Origin: an uncultured Gemmatimonadales bacterium
GTDB lineage: Bacteria; Gemmatimonadota; Gemmatimonadetes; Longimicrobiales; RSA9
Assembly (NCBI GenBank): GCA_963708135.1
Contig: OY970192.1
Location: 2,560,001-2,624,000, forward strand
Direction of reading: 5' to 3'
Length of the DNA: 64,000 nt
Each line of letters begins with the position of its first letter. Position 1 is the stretch's first letter. Shown piece by piece: positions 1-8,936 of this stretch. The translations under genes were made by a program, and so were the position numbers. The notes under the pieces were generated by a model. It saw only the letters and a program-made list of their open reading frames with translations, was not told the DNA's origin and did not search any database.

Positions 1-201
1 CTCGCGCACATCCGCGGTGGTGATGCCGGCCAGGACTCCGAGGCTTACGCGCTGGGCGTGATCGAGGCGATTCTGGACGGCAAGACGCCCGAGGATCTCG
101 GCGAGCCGGTCGAGGACGAGCTCTTCGACCCGCCAGGCGAGGGCTTCGACGAGTACGATGAGGAGGACGAGCTGGACGAGCTGGATGAGCTGGACGACTA
201 G
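1..201 (+). CDS. 3' end of a hypothetical protein with an acidic C-terminal tail (partial)
   Basis: Frame 1 is open from base 1 to TAG at 199-201 (...DELFDPPGEGFDEYDEEDELDELDELDD*), with GC-rich third codon positions. Confidence 0.7.
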   Translation, partial: LAHIRGGDAGQDSEAYALGVIEAILDGKTPEDLGEPVEDELFDPPGEGFDEYDEEDELDELDELDD

Positions 202-1406
202 TACCGCGCCACAGTGGTCATGATGCGTAAAGGCGGTGGAGCTTGGATCGCGCATCGGAGACAGTGAAACGCCAGGTGGTGGGAGCTCGGACGGCGTTGC
301 GGGGGGTCTCCCAGGCGAGGGTCTCGGCCCGCAGCCGGTTGACGTTGTCAAGGCGGCGGTGCAGGCACTGGCGACCGAGGATCGAGATCTCGATTTCGGC
401 CATGTTGAGCCAGCTCCCGTGCTTGGGCGTGTAATGGAACTCGAGCTTGCGCAGGATACGGCGCGCTTCGGCGGCCTCGAAGGTCTCGTACAGGGCTGCG
501 CCCGTGTGGCTGCTCAGGTTGTCGAGCACGACGCGGATCTTGTCGGCGTCCGCGCAATGCACGTCGACCAGTGCGCGCATCTGCTGGGCGAAGTCCGCAT
601 TCGTGCGACGGGCGGTGACGTCCACATGCCGCCAGCCTCGCAGCGGCTCCACGAGCAGGAAGAGGTTGGCGGTCCCGCGGCGCACGTACTCGTAGTCGAC
701 GCGTTGGCGCCGACCCGGAGCGGCCGGCACCGGCAGGCGGGTTTCCCCGATGAGCTGGTAGGGCACTTCATCGAAGCACACCACCGGGCGCCGGGGGTCG
801 TAGGGCTCCTGGTAGAGGTCGAGCACGTCCTCCATGCGGCAGACGAAGTCCCAACTCACCGTCGGGATGCACCACGCTTCCTTCTGCCAGGGCTTCAGGT
901 CGTTTTTTTTAGAAGCCGTCGGACCGTCTCGTCCGTGATCGCGTCCACCACACGCAACTCGATCAGCTTGTCGGCCAGGAGCTGCATGGTCCAGCGCACG
1001 CGCCCCTCCGGAGGCGCGCTGCACGCCAGCGCGACCAGGAAGGCTTCCTGCTTGCCGTCCAGCAGCCGGGCTTTGCCCGGCCGAGGCCGATCGTTGAGCG
1101 CCCGCTCCAAACCGCCCTCGACGAAGCGCAGCCGCGTGCGCTCCACCGTGCACTTCCCCAGGTGCAGCGCGGCCGCAATCGCCTTGTCGGTCACGCCCTC
1201 GTCGGCCAGCAACAGGATGCGCGCGCGGTTCACCCGGCGCACCCGCGCCTTGCCGCCCTGGAGCAGGCGCTTGAGTTCGGCCCGCTCGTCGTCCGTGAGG
1301 TCCACGATATACTTCTTGGCCATCTGCCCTCCTCGCTGGGGGTCCGACAGATGGGCCAACAATATAGCACGGAACTTTAGTCCTCACAATCATGATGGCT
1401 GAGTAC
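201..1406 (-). mobile_element. IS630-family insertion sequence
   Basis: Imperfect terminal inverted repeats (GTACcgcGCCA at the left, GTACtcaGCCA as reverse complement at the right), flanked by TA at 199-200 and 1407-1408 in CTAG context. Contains a DDE transposase. Confidence 0.92.
218..1323 (-). CDS. IS630 transposase, two ORFs joined by a -1 frameshift
   Basis: ORF A 1323..895 is the HTH part (MAKKYIVDLTDDER...RWTMQLLA). ORF B carries FDE, VLDNLSSH, PKHGSWLNMAEIE. The frames overlap at an A8 run (T8 on + strand, 903-910). Confidence 0.92.
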
Positions 1407-1408
1407 TA

Positions 1409-1569
1409 GTGCACCGTATCCGGGTAGCAATGGCATTCGCCGGCGGATCGGACGCGACCCGTCGCGTTGCTCGTCGTCGAAATAGCGCCGCTATTCCTTC
1501 CTCCTCGCGCCTTGCGCTTCGCGCCCGCTCCGCCGGCTCGGTGCTCACCGAACTTCAGATACGGTCCAC
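1409..1569. mobile_element. Putative MITE, 161 bp, non-autonomous, TA/CTAG target
   Basis: Terminal inverted repeats GTGCACCGTATC (1409-1420) and GATACGGTCCAC (1558-1569) match 11/12. TA on both sides (1407-1408, 1570-1571). Internal palindromes at 1452-1467 and 1481-1495. No credible ORF. Confidence 0.75.
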
Positions 1570-2654
1570 TAGCCGCCCAGCAGCTCGTCCAGCGAGCGCC
1601 GCGCCAGCCGCAGCAGCGTGGTGCGCGTCGCTTCCCGCTCGGCGAGCCCGAGCCGCTCCCGGGCGACCGCCGCCGGCCACGTCGCCCGGCCCATCGCCGC
1701 GTGGCCACCGCCCTGCCCCACTCCGCTCGCCAGCCGCTCCGCCAGTGCGCCGGCGCCGGGGCTCTCGCCGAGGTGCCGGACCGTGAGCACCAGCTCTTCC
1801 CCCACCAGTGCCGCCACCACGACCCACGATACGCCCTCCACGGACAGGCAGAAGTCAGCCAGGTCGGCCAGCATGTGCGCCTCGTCCGGGGGCAGGACCC
1901 CCGCGTACGCGGCGGCAAGACCGTTGTCCAGCGCCAGGCCGTCCAGCGCCTGGCCGTAGCGGCGCATGAGCATCAGCGAGTACATCGGCCGCTCGATCCG
2001 GTGCACCAGCGCGAGGTCCGCCCGCTGCTGCAGGAAGGCGTACGCCAGGACGTCCGGCGGGCTCACGCCGCGCGTCAGCCCGTCCGTGTCGGTCTTGATC
2101 CCGTAGAGGAGCGCCGTGGCCAGGGTCTGCCCGACGCGGCGCGGATCGACGGCGCGCAGGTACTCCGTCAGCATCGTCGAGCAGGCGCCGTAGTCCGGTC
2201 GTATGTCGCACACCTCGGCGTGGCGGATTCCGTCCATGCGCGGGTGGTGATCCACCACCGCGAGCCGGGGCAGCCGGTCCGTCTCGACGTCTCGCGGCTG
2301 CAGGTCCACCAGGAGCACTCGCTCGAAGCCGTAAAGCTCCTCCGCCCGCACCTCCGTCACCGTGAGGCGCAGCAACTCCGACATCCGCCGGTTCTCGGGC
2401 CGCCGGATCGCGCCGAGGGTCACGATCGGCACCTCGCCGGCGCGGTCGCGGAGCAGCACCTGCGCCGCGTAGGCCGCGGCCAGCGCGTCCGGATCCGGAT
2501 CCGGGTGCACCAGCACCGGCAGCACCTCCGCACCTTCCGCGAACTCCCTCAACCGATCGGCGCGCGCGCGGGCCTCGCGCTCACGCCGATCTTCGCCCCG
2601 TCTCGCGCCGACTCCCTCGGCCGCTACCGCTGCGCTCGCCCGCTCCGCGCCCAC
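1569..2654 (-). CDS. DHH-family phosphoesterase (NrnA-like, DHH + DHHA1)
   Basis: Motifs HPDPDPDALAA, LLVD, VVDHHP, LLYGIKTDT, GGGH. Start uncertain; GTG at 2654 chosen. Confidence 0.85.
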   Translation of the reverse strand: MGAERASAAVAAEGVGARRGEDRREREARARADRLREFAEGAEVLPVLVHPDPDPDALAAAYAAQVLLRDRAGEVPIVTLGAIRRPENRRMSELLRLTVTEVRAEELYGFERVLLVDLQPRDVETDRLPRLAVVDHHPRMDGIRHAEVCDIRPDYGACSTMLTEYLRAVDPRRVGQTLATALLYGIKTDTDGLTRGVSPPDVLAYAFLQQRADLALVHRIERPMYSLMLMRRYGQALDGLALDNGLAAAYAGVLPPDEAHMLADLADFCLSVEGVSWVVVAALVGEELVLTVRHLGESPGAGALAERLASGVGQGGGHAAMGRATWPAAVARERLGLAEREATRTTLLRLARRSLDELLGG

Positions 2655-2659
2655 CGCGA

Positions 2660-3562
2660 CTACCGCAGGATCCGCCCGAGCAGGAACCCGATGCCGGCGG
2701 CGACCAGCACCGAGCGCACCGGCTTCGAGCGCACCTCCCGCTCGACGTCTGCCCGCATCTCCTCCGGACGTCTCTCGCGAAGGTAGGCGGCCGACCCGTC
2801 CAGCGCCCCGGCGACCTGACGCGCCACCGATGCCGCCCCCGCCACCGGACCACCCCGCGCCTGGGCCCACTCCGCGGCCCGATCGACGGCGTCCGCCGCT
2901 CGGGCCAGCTCGGCGCCCGCCGTGGCGCGCGCCCGGTCAACCATCTCCAGCGCGCCACCGGCCGGCCGCGCTCGATCCATCTCGTCGTTCCCGCCGGCCG
3001 ACTCCGCCTGACCCGGCGCCCGCGTCGCGGCCACGACCCGCCCCTCCGCCGCGCGCCGCCCGGCCGCCACCGCCTCCACCATACGCGCGCGCCGCGCCGC
3101 GCCGCCCACCCCGCCAGCCACCGCCGTCCGCGCCTGCGCCGCCCAGCCGTAGTGGCGGTCCTCGTCGGCGATCGCCCGTCGGAGCACCGCCTCGACCTCC
3201 TCCGGATGCGCCCGCGCGGCCGCCTCGTGGTATCGGTCCCGCACCACGCGCTCCCCCGCCCGGAGCGCGTCCACCAGCGCCGCGTCGCCCCCCTCGGCCG
3301 CCTGCTCCACACCCCGCAGGTACGCACCCCCGGGGCGCTCCGGCGCCTCCGGTTCCCCGCCCCGAGTGCGCAGCAGCAGCAGCAGGTCGTCCGCCTGGCG
3401 GGCGTGCTCCTCGCCGAAGCGCGCCGCGGCCGTGCGCAACGCCGGCTCCGAGAGTCGTTCGGATGCCCACGCGCACGCCGCGGCCGCGTCCCGATCCAGC
3501 CGCGCGAGCGCGTTCAGCTCGCCCTTCAACTCCTCCTCCGACCAGCCGCCCTGCTCCGCCAT
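2660..3562 (-). CDS. Ferritin-like (DUF2383-type) domain fused to a DUF883/ElaB/YqjD-like membrane-anchored C-terminus
   Basis: N-terminal four-helix pattern with EEHARQ and DEDRHY ExxH-type motifs. C-terminus VRSKPVRSVLVAAGIGFLLGRILR is typical of ElaB/YqjD tails. Confidence 0.65.
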   Translation of the reverse strand: MAEQGGWSEEELKGELNALARLDRDAAAACAWASERLSEPALRTAAARFGEEHARQADDLLLLLRTRGGEPEAPERPGGAYLRGVEQAAEGGDAALVDALRAGERVVRDRYHEAAARAHPEEVEAVLRRAIADEDRHYGWAAQARTAVAGGVGGAARRARMVEAVAAGRRAAEGRVVAATRAPGQAESAGGNDEMDRARPAGGALEMVDRARATAGAELARAADAVDRAAEWAQARGGPVAGAASVARQVAGALDGSAAYLRERRPEEMRADVEREVRSKPVRSVLVAAGIGFLLGRILR

Positions 3563-3632
3563 CCTGCGCCTCCTTCACCAGCGATTCCCGCTTCCGAACC
3601 TGCGCCGCCGCCCCACGCTCCACCCTGCCGGC

Positions 3633-3648
3633 TGCAACCTCCGTTCCC
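3633..3648 (-). promoter_or_regulatory. Candidate sigma54 (-24/-12) promoter for the ferritin-like gene
   Basis: Minus strand GGGAACGGAGGTTGCA = GG-N10-GC with TTGCA, about 70 bp upstream of ATG 3562. Confidence 0.5.
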
Positions 3649-3735
3649 CACCCCGGCACCTCGTCGCCGTTGCGGAACCGGCTGCACGTGACTACTCATT
3701 ATTGTACTCCCCCTGCCACAGATCATCCCCCCCCG

Positions 3736-4299
3736 ATGGAGGCGGCTTTGGCCAAGCCTACCCGTAGCGAGGCGACTCGCCGACTGCGCTTCTTCCTGCG
3801 TGACTTCCGGATGGTCGAGGGCTCCGCGAGCCTCGCCGTCAGTCTCTCCCTCGGCGCCTACCTCGGCAACCGGAAGGGCTACATCAACCTGACCGACGCG
3901 CGCTGGGCGAGCGGCGACACGCCGCTCCCTCACCTCGTCCTCAAGGTCAGCCAGATCTTCTGGGCCTCCTGCCCCGGCGGCGAGGTCCCCCTCGTCAACA
4001 CCGCCGCCGCCACCGAGCCCAAGCCCGTCGAGATCCAGCTCGAGGGCGGCCTCCTCATCCACGGCGGCCTCACCCATGTCGAGCGCCAGCGCCTCGGCGA
4101 CTACCTCGAGGCCTGCGGTCCGTTCGTCGGACTCCACGACGCCGTCCTCACCCGTAGCCGTCGCGCCGCGCAGCCCGTGAACGTCGTCCTCGGCGACATC
4201 GTCGTCAACCAGACCGCCATCGAGGCCGCCTGGCAGCTCGACGAGTTCCCGCCCAGGCCCGAAAGCGACGCCGCTCGCGCATCGGCCGGCCGCACCTGA
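3736..4299 (+). CDS. Hypothetical protein, apparent tandem duplication of a DUF6812-like domain
   Basis: ATG at 3736. Two similar halves (LGAYLGNRKGYINLTDA / LGDYLEACGPFVGLHDA). Family assignment is from memory of the motif. Confidence 0.6.
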   Translation: MEAALAKPTRSEATRRLRFFLRDFRMVEGSASLAVSLSLGAYLGNRKGYINLTDARWASGDTPLPHLVLKVSQIFWASCPGGEVPLVNTAAATEPKPVEIQLEGGLLIHGGLTHVERQRLGDYLEACGPFVGLHDAVLTRSRRAAQPVNVVLGDIVVNQTAIEAAWQLDEFPPRPESDAARASAGRT

Positions 4300-4447
4300 C
4301 CGCCGCCCGCGCCACCGTCGCGGCCGCATCGGACAGAATGGCCGGCCTTCCCCTCCCTGACCCGCGGTGAGACCTGTTCCCGAGCCCTCACGTCACCCTA
4401 TGGTGCCTCGGCGGCGACGGATCCAGCGGGAGAGGGAAGCGAACGCT

Positions 4448-4687
4448 ATGGCACGACGAGCCGAGGTGGTCCGCCGCGCGGTGGCGGGAACGGTGTGCTC
4501 ACGACGAACCGTCGCCGCGGACGCGGGACTGAGCTACGATGCCGTGCGCGCCTGGTCGATCGGCCGGCGCGAGCCCACGCCGGAGAACATGCTTCGCCTT
4601 GCAGAATCCTTCGAGCGGCGCGCCGATCGGCTGCGCGCGCTCGCCGCCGAGCTCCGTGAAGCGGCCGGCAGCCGCCCGGAGTCGTGA
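4448..4687 (+). CDS. Small XRE/Cro-like helix-turn-helix protein
   Basis: SRRTVAADAGLSYDAVRAWSIGRREPTPENMLRLA fits the XRE HTH pattern. Purine-rich RBS upstream. Confidence 0.7.
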   Translation: MARRAEVVRRAVAGTVCSRRTVAADAGLSYDAVRAWSIGRREPTPENMLRLAESFERRADRLRALAAELREAAGSRPES

Positions 4688-4711
4688 GGTCAGGGGATGG
4701 GAGGGGAGGAA

Positions 4712-4784
4712 TGGGCCGGGTGGGGCTCGAACCCACGCGCTTCGGATTAAAAGTCCGCTGCTCTGCCAGCTGAGCTACCGGCCC
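4712..4784 (-). tRNA. tRNA-Lys(TTT), CCA not encoded
   Basis: GGGCCGGTAGCTCAGCTGGCAGAGCAGCGGACTTTTAATCCGAAGCGCGTGGGTTCGAGCCCCACCCGGCCCA folds as a cloverleaf with anticodon TTT and GTTCGA T-loop. Confidence 0.96.
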
Positions 4785-4793
4785 GCTCGGGCC

Positions 4794-4823
4794 AATCTAG
4801 CCGGACTCGCCGCCTCCGATCAA
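4794..4823 (-). promoter_or_regulatory. Sigma70-type promoter of tRNA-Lys
   Basis: TTGATC-N18-TAGATT ending about 10 bp upstream of the tRNA. Confidence 0.6.
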
Positions 4824-5458
4824 CGCCCGCGCGAAAGCCGCCCGCGCAGGCGCCGCAGCCGGACCTGCTCCTCGCGCTCGCGCTCGTCGAGTGCCCTGCG
4901 CACCACCGAGACCTCGCGCTCGAGAGCCGGGGCGACGCGCCGCTCGAGCCCGTGGATCTGGCGCGACGTGCGGGCGAGGGCCTCGCCGAGCCGGCGGAGC
5001 AGGGTCTCCCTCGGAGCGGCGTCGAGCAGCAGCTCGGTGAGGCGCTCGAAGTGGTCGGCGGCGACGATGGCGCTGGGGGCCGTCGCGCCGGGCGCCGTAC
5101 CACGCCCGGCAAGTGAGCGGAGCAGCGGCGGCCGTTCGACGATCTCGGCCACCGGGGTGCCCCAGACCTGCGCCGCGCGGATGCCGAGCGTGAGGTCCCG
5201 CCCCGGCCAGCCGGTGGCCCGCAGGCCGGCGACACCCTCGACGGCGAGCGCCTCGAGGAGCGCGGGGTAGGCCTCCGCCAGCCGTTCGGCGATGGCGGCG
5301 CGGGCATCCACGGCGGGGCGAGCGAGGCGGAAGAGCTCGGTGACGAGCGCCTCGCGCTTCCGCCGGAGCAGCGAGACGCCCTTGTCCACGCGCTCGAGCC
5401 GCCGGCGCGCGCGCAGCAGGTTGGTGCGGGTGGCCGCGGGGGCACGGCCGGTGCTCAT
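4820..5458 (-). CDS. ntpD: V/A-type ATPase subunit D
   Basis: TRTNLLRARRRL...LLRRKREAL and ALDEREREE motifs. Last gene of the operon; ATG overlaps the subunit B stop. Confidence 0.9.
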   Translation of the reverse strand: MSTGRAPAATRTNLLRARRRLERVDKGVSLLRRKREALVTELFRLARPAVDARAAIAERLAEAYPALLEALAVEGVAGLRATGWPGRDLTLGIRAAQVWGTPVAEIVERPPLLRSLAGRGTAPGATAPSAIVAADHFERLTELLLDAAPRETLLRRLGEALARTSRQIHGLERRVAPALEREVSVVRRALDEREREEQVRLRRLRGRLSRGR

Positions 5459-6832
5459 CGGGCGGCCCGGGCGGCGAGGGTCGCATCGCGGATGCGGAAG
5501 AGGTCCTCGCGCGGCAGCGTCTCGAGCAGTGTCCAGCCGAGCTCGATGGTCTCGGCCAGGCTGCGCCGCCCCCCACCCTGCGCGATGAGCTCCTGCTCGA
5601 AGCGGTCGGCGAACTCGAGGGCGCGCCGGTCGGAGGCCTGGAGCCCCTCCGCTCCGACGACGGCGGCCATGAGGCGGGCCTCGCGGCCGCGGCTGTAGCT
5701 GGCGTAGAGCTGATTGGCCCACTCCCGATGCTCGGGGACGGTGCGCTCGGGACCGATCCCGGCGTTCATCAGGCGGGACAGGGAGGGCAGCACGTCGATC
5801 GGCGGGAAGACGCCGCGGCGGTGCAGCTCCCTGCCGAGCACGACCTGTCCTTCCGTGATGTAGCCGGTGAGGTCGGGCACGGGATGGGTGATGTCGTCGT
5901 CGGGCATGGTGAGGATCGGGATCTGCGTGACCGACCCGGTGCGCCCGCGCAGCACGCCCGCCCGCTCGAAGAGGCTCGCCAGGTCCGTATACATGTAGCC
6001 CGGGTAGCCGCGCCGGCCGGGGATCTCCTCGCGCGCCGTCGCGATCTCGCGCAGCGCCTCGCAGTAGTGCGCCACGTCCGCGATGACCACGAGCACGTGC
6101 ACCCCGCGCTCGAAGGCCAGGAACTCCGCCTGCGCGAGCGCCACCCGTGGCGCGAGCAGCCGTTCGATCGCGGGATCCCGCGTCTCGTTCAGATAGAGCA
6201 CCCCGTGCTCGAGGGCGCCGCTGCGCTCGAAGCGCTCCACGAACGCGCGCGTCTCCCGGGCCGTGATCCCCAGCCCCACGAAGATCACAGCGAACGGCTC
6301 GCCGCGGGGCGCGCGGGCGCCCTCGACGATCCGCGCGGCCAGCTCCAGCCCGGGCAGCCCGGGCCCGGAGAAGACCGGCAGCTTCTGCCCCCGCACGAGG
6401 GTGTTCATCCCATCGATGGCGGAGATCCCGGTCTCGATGAAATCCGACGGGCTCAGCCGGCGCGCCGGGTTCATCGGCGCGCCCGCCACCGCGCGGATCG
6501 CCTCGCCGAGCGGCGCCGGCAGCCCGTCGAACGGGAGCGCCAAATCCATTCAGCGCCCGGCCCAGCAGGTCCCTCCCGACGAGCGCCGTGGAGACCTCGC
6601 CCGTGAGCGTGATCTCGGCCCGCGCGGGCGCGAGCCCGAGCGTTTCCTCCAGCACCTGCACCACCGTGACGTCCCGGCCGGCGTCGATGACCTGGCCGCG
6701 CCGGTCCCGCTCGCCCGCCATTCGGATGTTGACCCACTCCCCGAGCGCCACGCGGCGCGTGTTCCGCAGGAACAGGAGCGGACCCGCGGCGGCGGATGCG
6801 CCGTGATACGTCCGTGGGATCCCCGGTCTCAT
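5455..6832 (-). CDS. ntpB: V/A-type ATPase subunit B, interrupted by a +1 frameshift near 6533-6544
   Basis: N-terminus MRPGIPRTY...GRALNG is in one frame. IETGISAIDGMNTLVRGQKLPVFSG...PGRRGYPGYMYTD...PSLSRLM is in the next. Removing one base gives 459 codons. Confidence 0.9.
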
Positions 6833-8607
6833 GGCCCGCCCTCCTCGTCCGGCGACGCGTCCGCCGCGCGCGCGAGCGCCCGCTCCAGCACCGCGTCGGC
6901 CGCCGCCGCCGCGCGCTCGACGTCCTCCCGCGTGGCGGCATCGCGGACGGCGCCGAGCGCCCGCCGCACCTGTGTGGTTTCCAGTGTCTCGAACGGGGCC
7001 CCCGCGGCCACGGCCCGCTGCCCGCGCCGGTGGAACTCCATCGCGAGCCGGGCCAGCTCGAACGTCTTGGCCGGCGCCGAGCTGGCGTCGTTCGGCTCGA
7101 AGGCGCTCTGAGCCAGCACCAGCTCGCGGAGCAGACGCGCGGCCTCGAGCACGAGTCGCTCGCGGTCCTGCAGCGCCTCGTTCCCCACCAGTGACGCGAT
7201 CTCGCGCAGCTCCCGCTCCTCCTGCAGCAGCGCCTGCGCCTCGCGTCGGAGCGGCTCCCATCGGGGGGAGACCTCCGTCTCGAACCATGCCGCGGTGCCC
7301 GTGCCGTAGAGGCTGTAGCTCGTCTCCCAGTCGATGGCGGGGAAGTGGCGCTCGTGCGCCAGGTCCGCGTCCAGCGCCCAGAGCGCGCCCGCGACCCGCA
7401 GCGCCGCCTGCGTTACCGGTTCGGACAGGTCGCCGCCGGGAGGAGAGATCGCCGCCACGATCGTGAGGGCGCCGACGCGCTCCGGGGCGCCGTCCGCGCG
7501 CACCTGCCCGGCCCGTTCGAAGAACCCGCCCAGCCGGTTGGAGAGCGACGTCGGATAGCCCTCCTCGCCCGGCATCTCCTGCAGCCGCGAGCCGATCTCA
7601 CGCAGCGCCTCGGCCCAGCGCGAGACGCTGTCCGCCATGAGCGCCACCCGGTACCCCATGTCCCGGTAGTACTCGGCGATCGTCGCGCCCACGTACAGCG
7701 ATGCCTCGCGCGCCGCCACCGGCATGTTCGACGTGTTCACCACCAGCACCGTGCGCTCCATGATCGAGCGCCCCGTACGCGGGTCCACCAGCGCGGGGAA
7801 CTCCGAGAGCACCTCCGCCATCTCGTTGCCGCGCTCGCCGCACCCGATGTAGACGACGACGTCGGCGTCCGCATACTTCGCCAGCGACTGCTCCACGACC
7901 GTCTTGCCCGTCCCGAACCCCCCAGGAACGGCCACGCTGCCACCCTCGGCCACGGGGAACAGGAAGTCCAGCACGCGCTGCCCGGTGATGAACGGCCGCC
8001 CCGAGGCGATTCGCGCGGCCGCCGGGCGCGGGTGCCGGACGGGCCAGGCCTGCGCCATCCCCAGCGACGTCCCGTCCGCCAGCGTGCCGACCGTTTCCGC
8101 GATCGTCCGCTCTCCCGCCCCCGCGAGCTCCGCCAGCACGCCCCGGACGCCGGGCGGCACCATGATGCGGTGCTCGATCCCCGCGCCCTCCGCCACCGTG
8201 CCGAGCACGTCGCCCGGCCCGACCCCGCTGCCCGCCTCCATGGCCGGCTCGAAGCGCCAGCGGCGGGTCGGGTCCAACGTCGCCGCCTCGACGCCGGCGC
8301 CGATGAAATCGCCGCCCAGCTCGGCCAGCCGGCCGAGCGGGCGCCCCACGCCGTCGAGTACCGATCCCAGCAACCCGGGACCGAGCGTGAGCGTAAGCGG
8401 CAGGCCCGTGCGCGCCACTGGCTCGCCCAGCCGCAGGCCGGTCGTGTCCTCGTAGACCTGGAGCGTCCCCGTCGCGCCAGCGACGCGCACCACTTCGCCG
8501 AGCAGCCCGAGATCCCCCACGCGCGCGAGCTCGTAGAGCGCCGCCTCCCTCATCGGCGCCGCCTCCACCAGCGCCCCCACGATGCGGGTGATCCTCGCCT
8601 CGCTCAA
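6829..8607 (-). CDS. ntpA: V/A-type ATPase catalytic subunit A
   Basis: Walker A GGFGTGKT, CGERGNEM, NTSNMPVAARE, EMPGEEGYP. TTG start overlaps the subunit F stop. Confidence 0.95.
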   Translation of the reverse strand: MSEARITRIVGALVEAAPMREAALYELARVGDLGLLGEVVRVAGATGTLQVYEDTTGLRLGEPVARTGLPLTLTLGPGLLGSVLDGVGRPLGRLAELGGDFIGAGVEAATLDPTRRWRFEPAMEAGSGVGPGDVLGTVAEGAGIEHRIMVPPGVRGVLAELAGAGERTIAETVGTLADGTSLGMAQAWPVRHPRPAAARIASGRPFITGQRVLDFLFPVAEGGSVAVPGGFGTGKTVVEQSLAKYADADVVVYIGCGERGNEMAEVLSEFPALVDPRTGRSIMERTVLVVNTSNMPVAAREASLYVGATIAEYYRDMGYRVALMADSVSRWAEALREIGSRLQEMPGEEGYPTSLSNRLGGFFERAGQVRADGAPERVGALTIVAAISPPGGDLSEPVTQAALRVAGALWALDADLAHERHFPAIDWETSYSLYGTGTAAWFETEVSPRWEPLRREAQALLQEERELREIASLVGNEALQDRERLVLEAARLLRELVLAQSAFEPNDASSAPAKTFELARLAMEFHRRGQRAVAAGAPFETLETTQVRRALGAVRDAATREDVERAAAAADAVLERALARAADASPDEEGGP

Positions 8608-8936
8608 CGCAGCCTCACCTGATAGCCGATCGCCTGCCGCAGGATCTCCACGATCTGCGCCTCCGGTCCCGTGACGTCCGCACCCCACGCGGGGCCCGGG
8701 AACGGTACCACCATCGGCAGCGTGCGGCGCCCGAGCTCGCGCCGCTCCTCCGGCGCGAGCGCATCGTAGATCGAGTCCTGCACGAGCAGCACGCCCATCC
8801 CCGGCGCCGCCATCAACCGGCGCAGCGCCGCGGAGCCTTCCTCCACATCCGCCGCCTCGAGGGCCGGGACACCCGCCAGCGCGAAGCCGGCCCCGATCTC
8901 GGGGGCGCATACGGCCCGCACGCTCCAGTCGCTCAT
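8604..8936 (-). CDS. V/A-type ATPase subunit F
   Basis: GFALAGV and terminal ILRQAIGY motifs, about 110 aa, located between C and A. Confidence 0.88.
   Translation of the reverse strand: MSDWSVRAVCAPEIGAGFALAGVPALEAADVEEGSAALRRLMAAPGMGVLLVQDSIYDALAPEERRELGRRTLPMVVPFPGPAWGADVTGPEAQIVEILRQAIGYQVRLR

Noticed and set aside
150..198. GACGAGCTG-type tandem repeats
   Set aside because: They encode the acidic DEL-DEL protein tail, not a DNA repeat element.
4712..4740. tRNA-Lys as attachment site of an integrated island
   Set aside because: No duplicate of the tRNA 3' end and no integrase in the window; cannot be excluded beyond the left edge.
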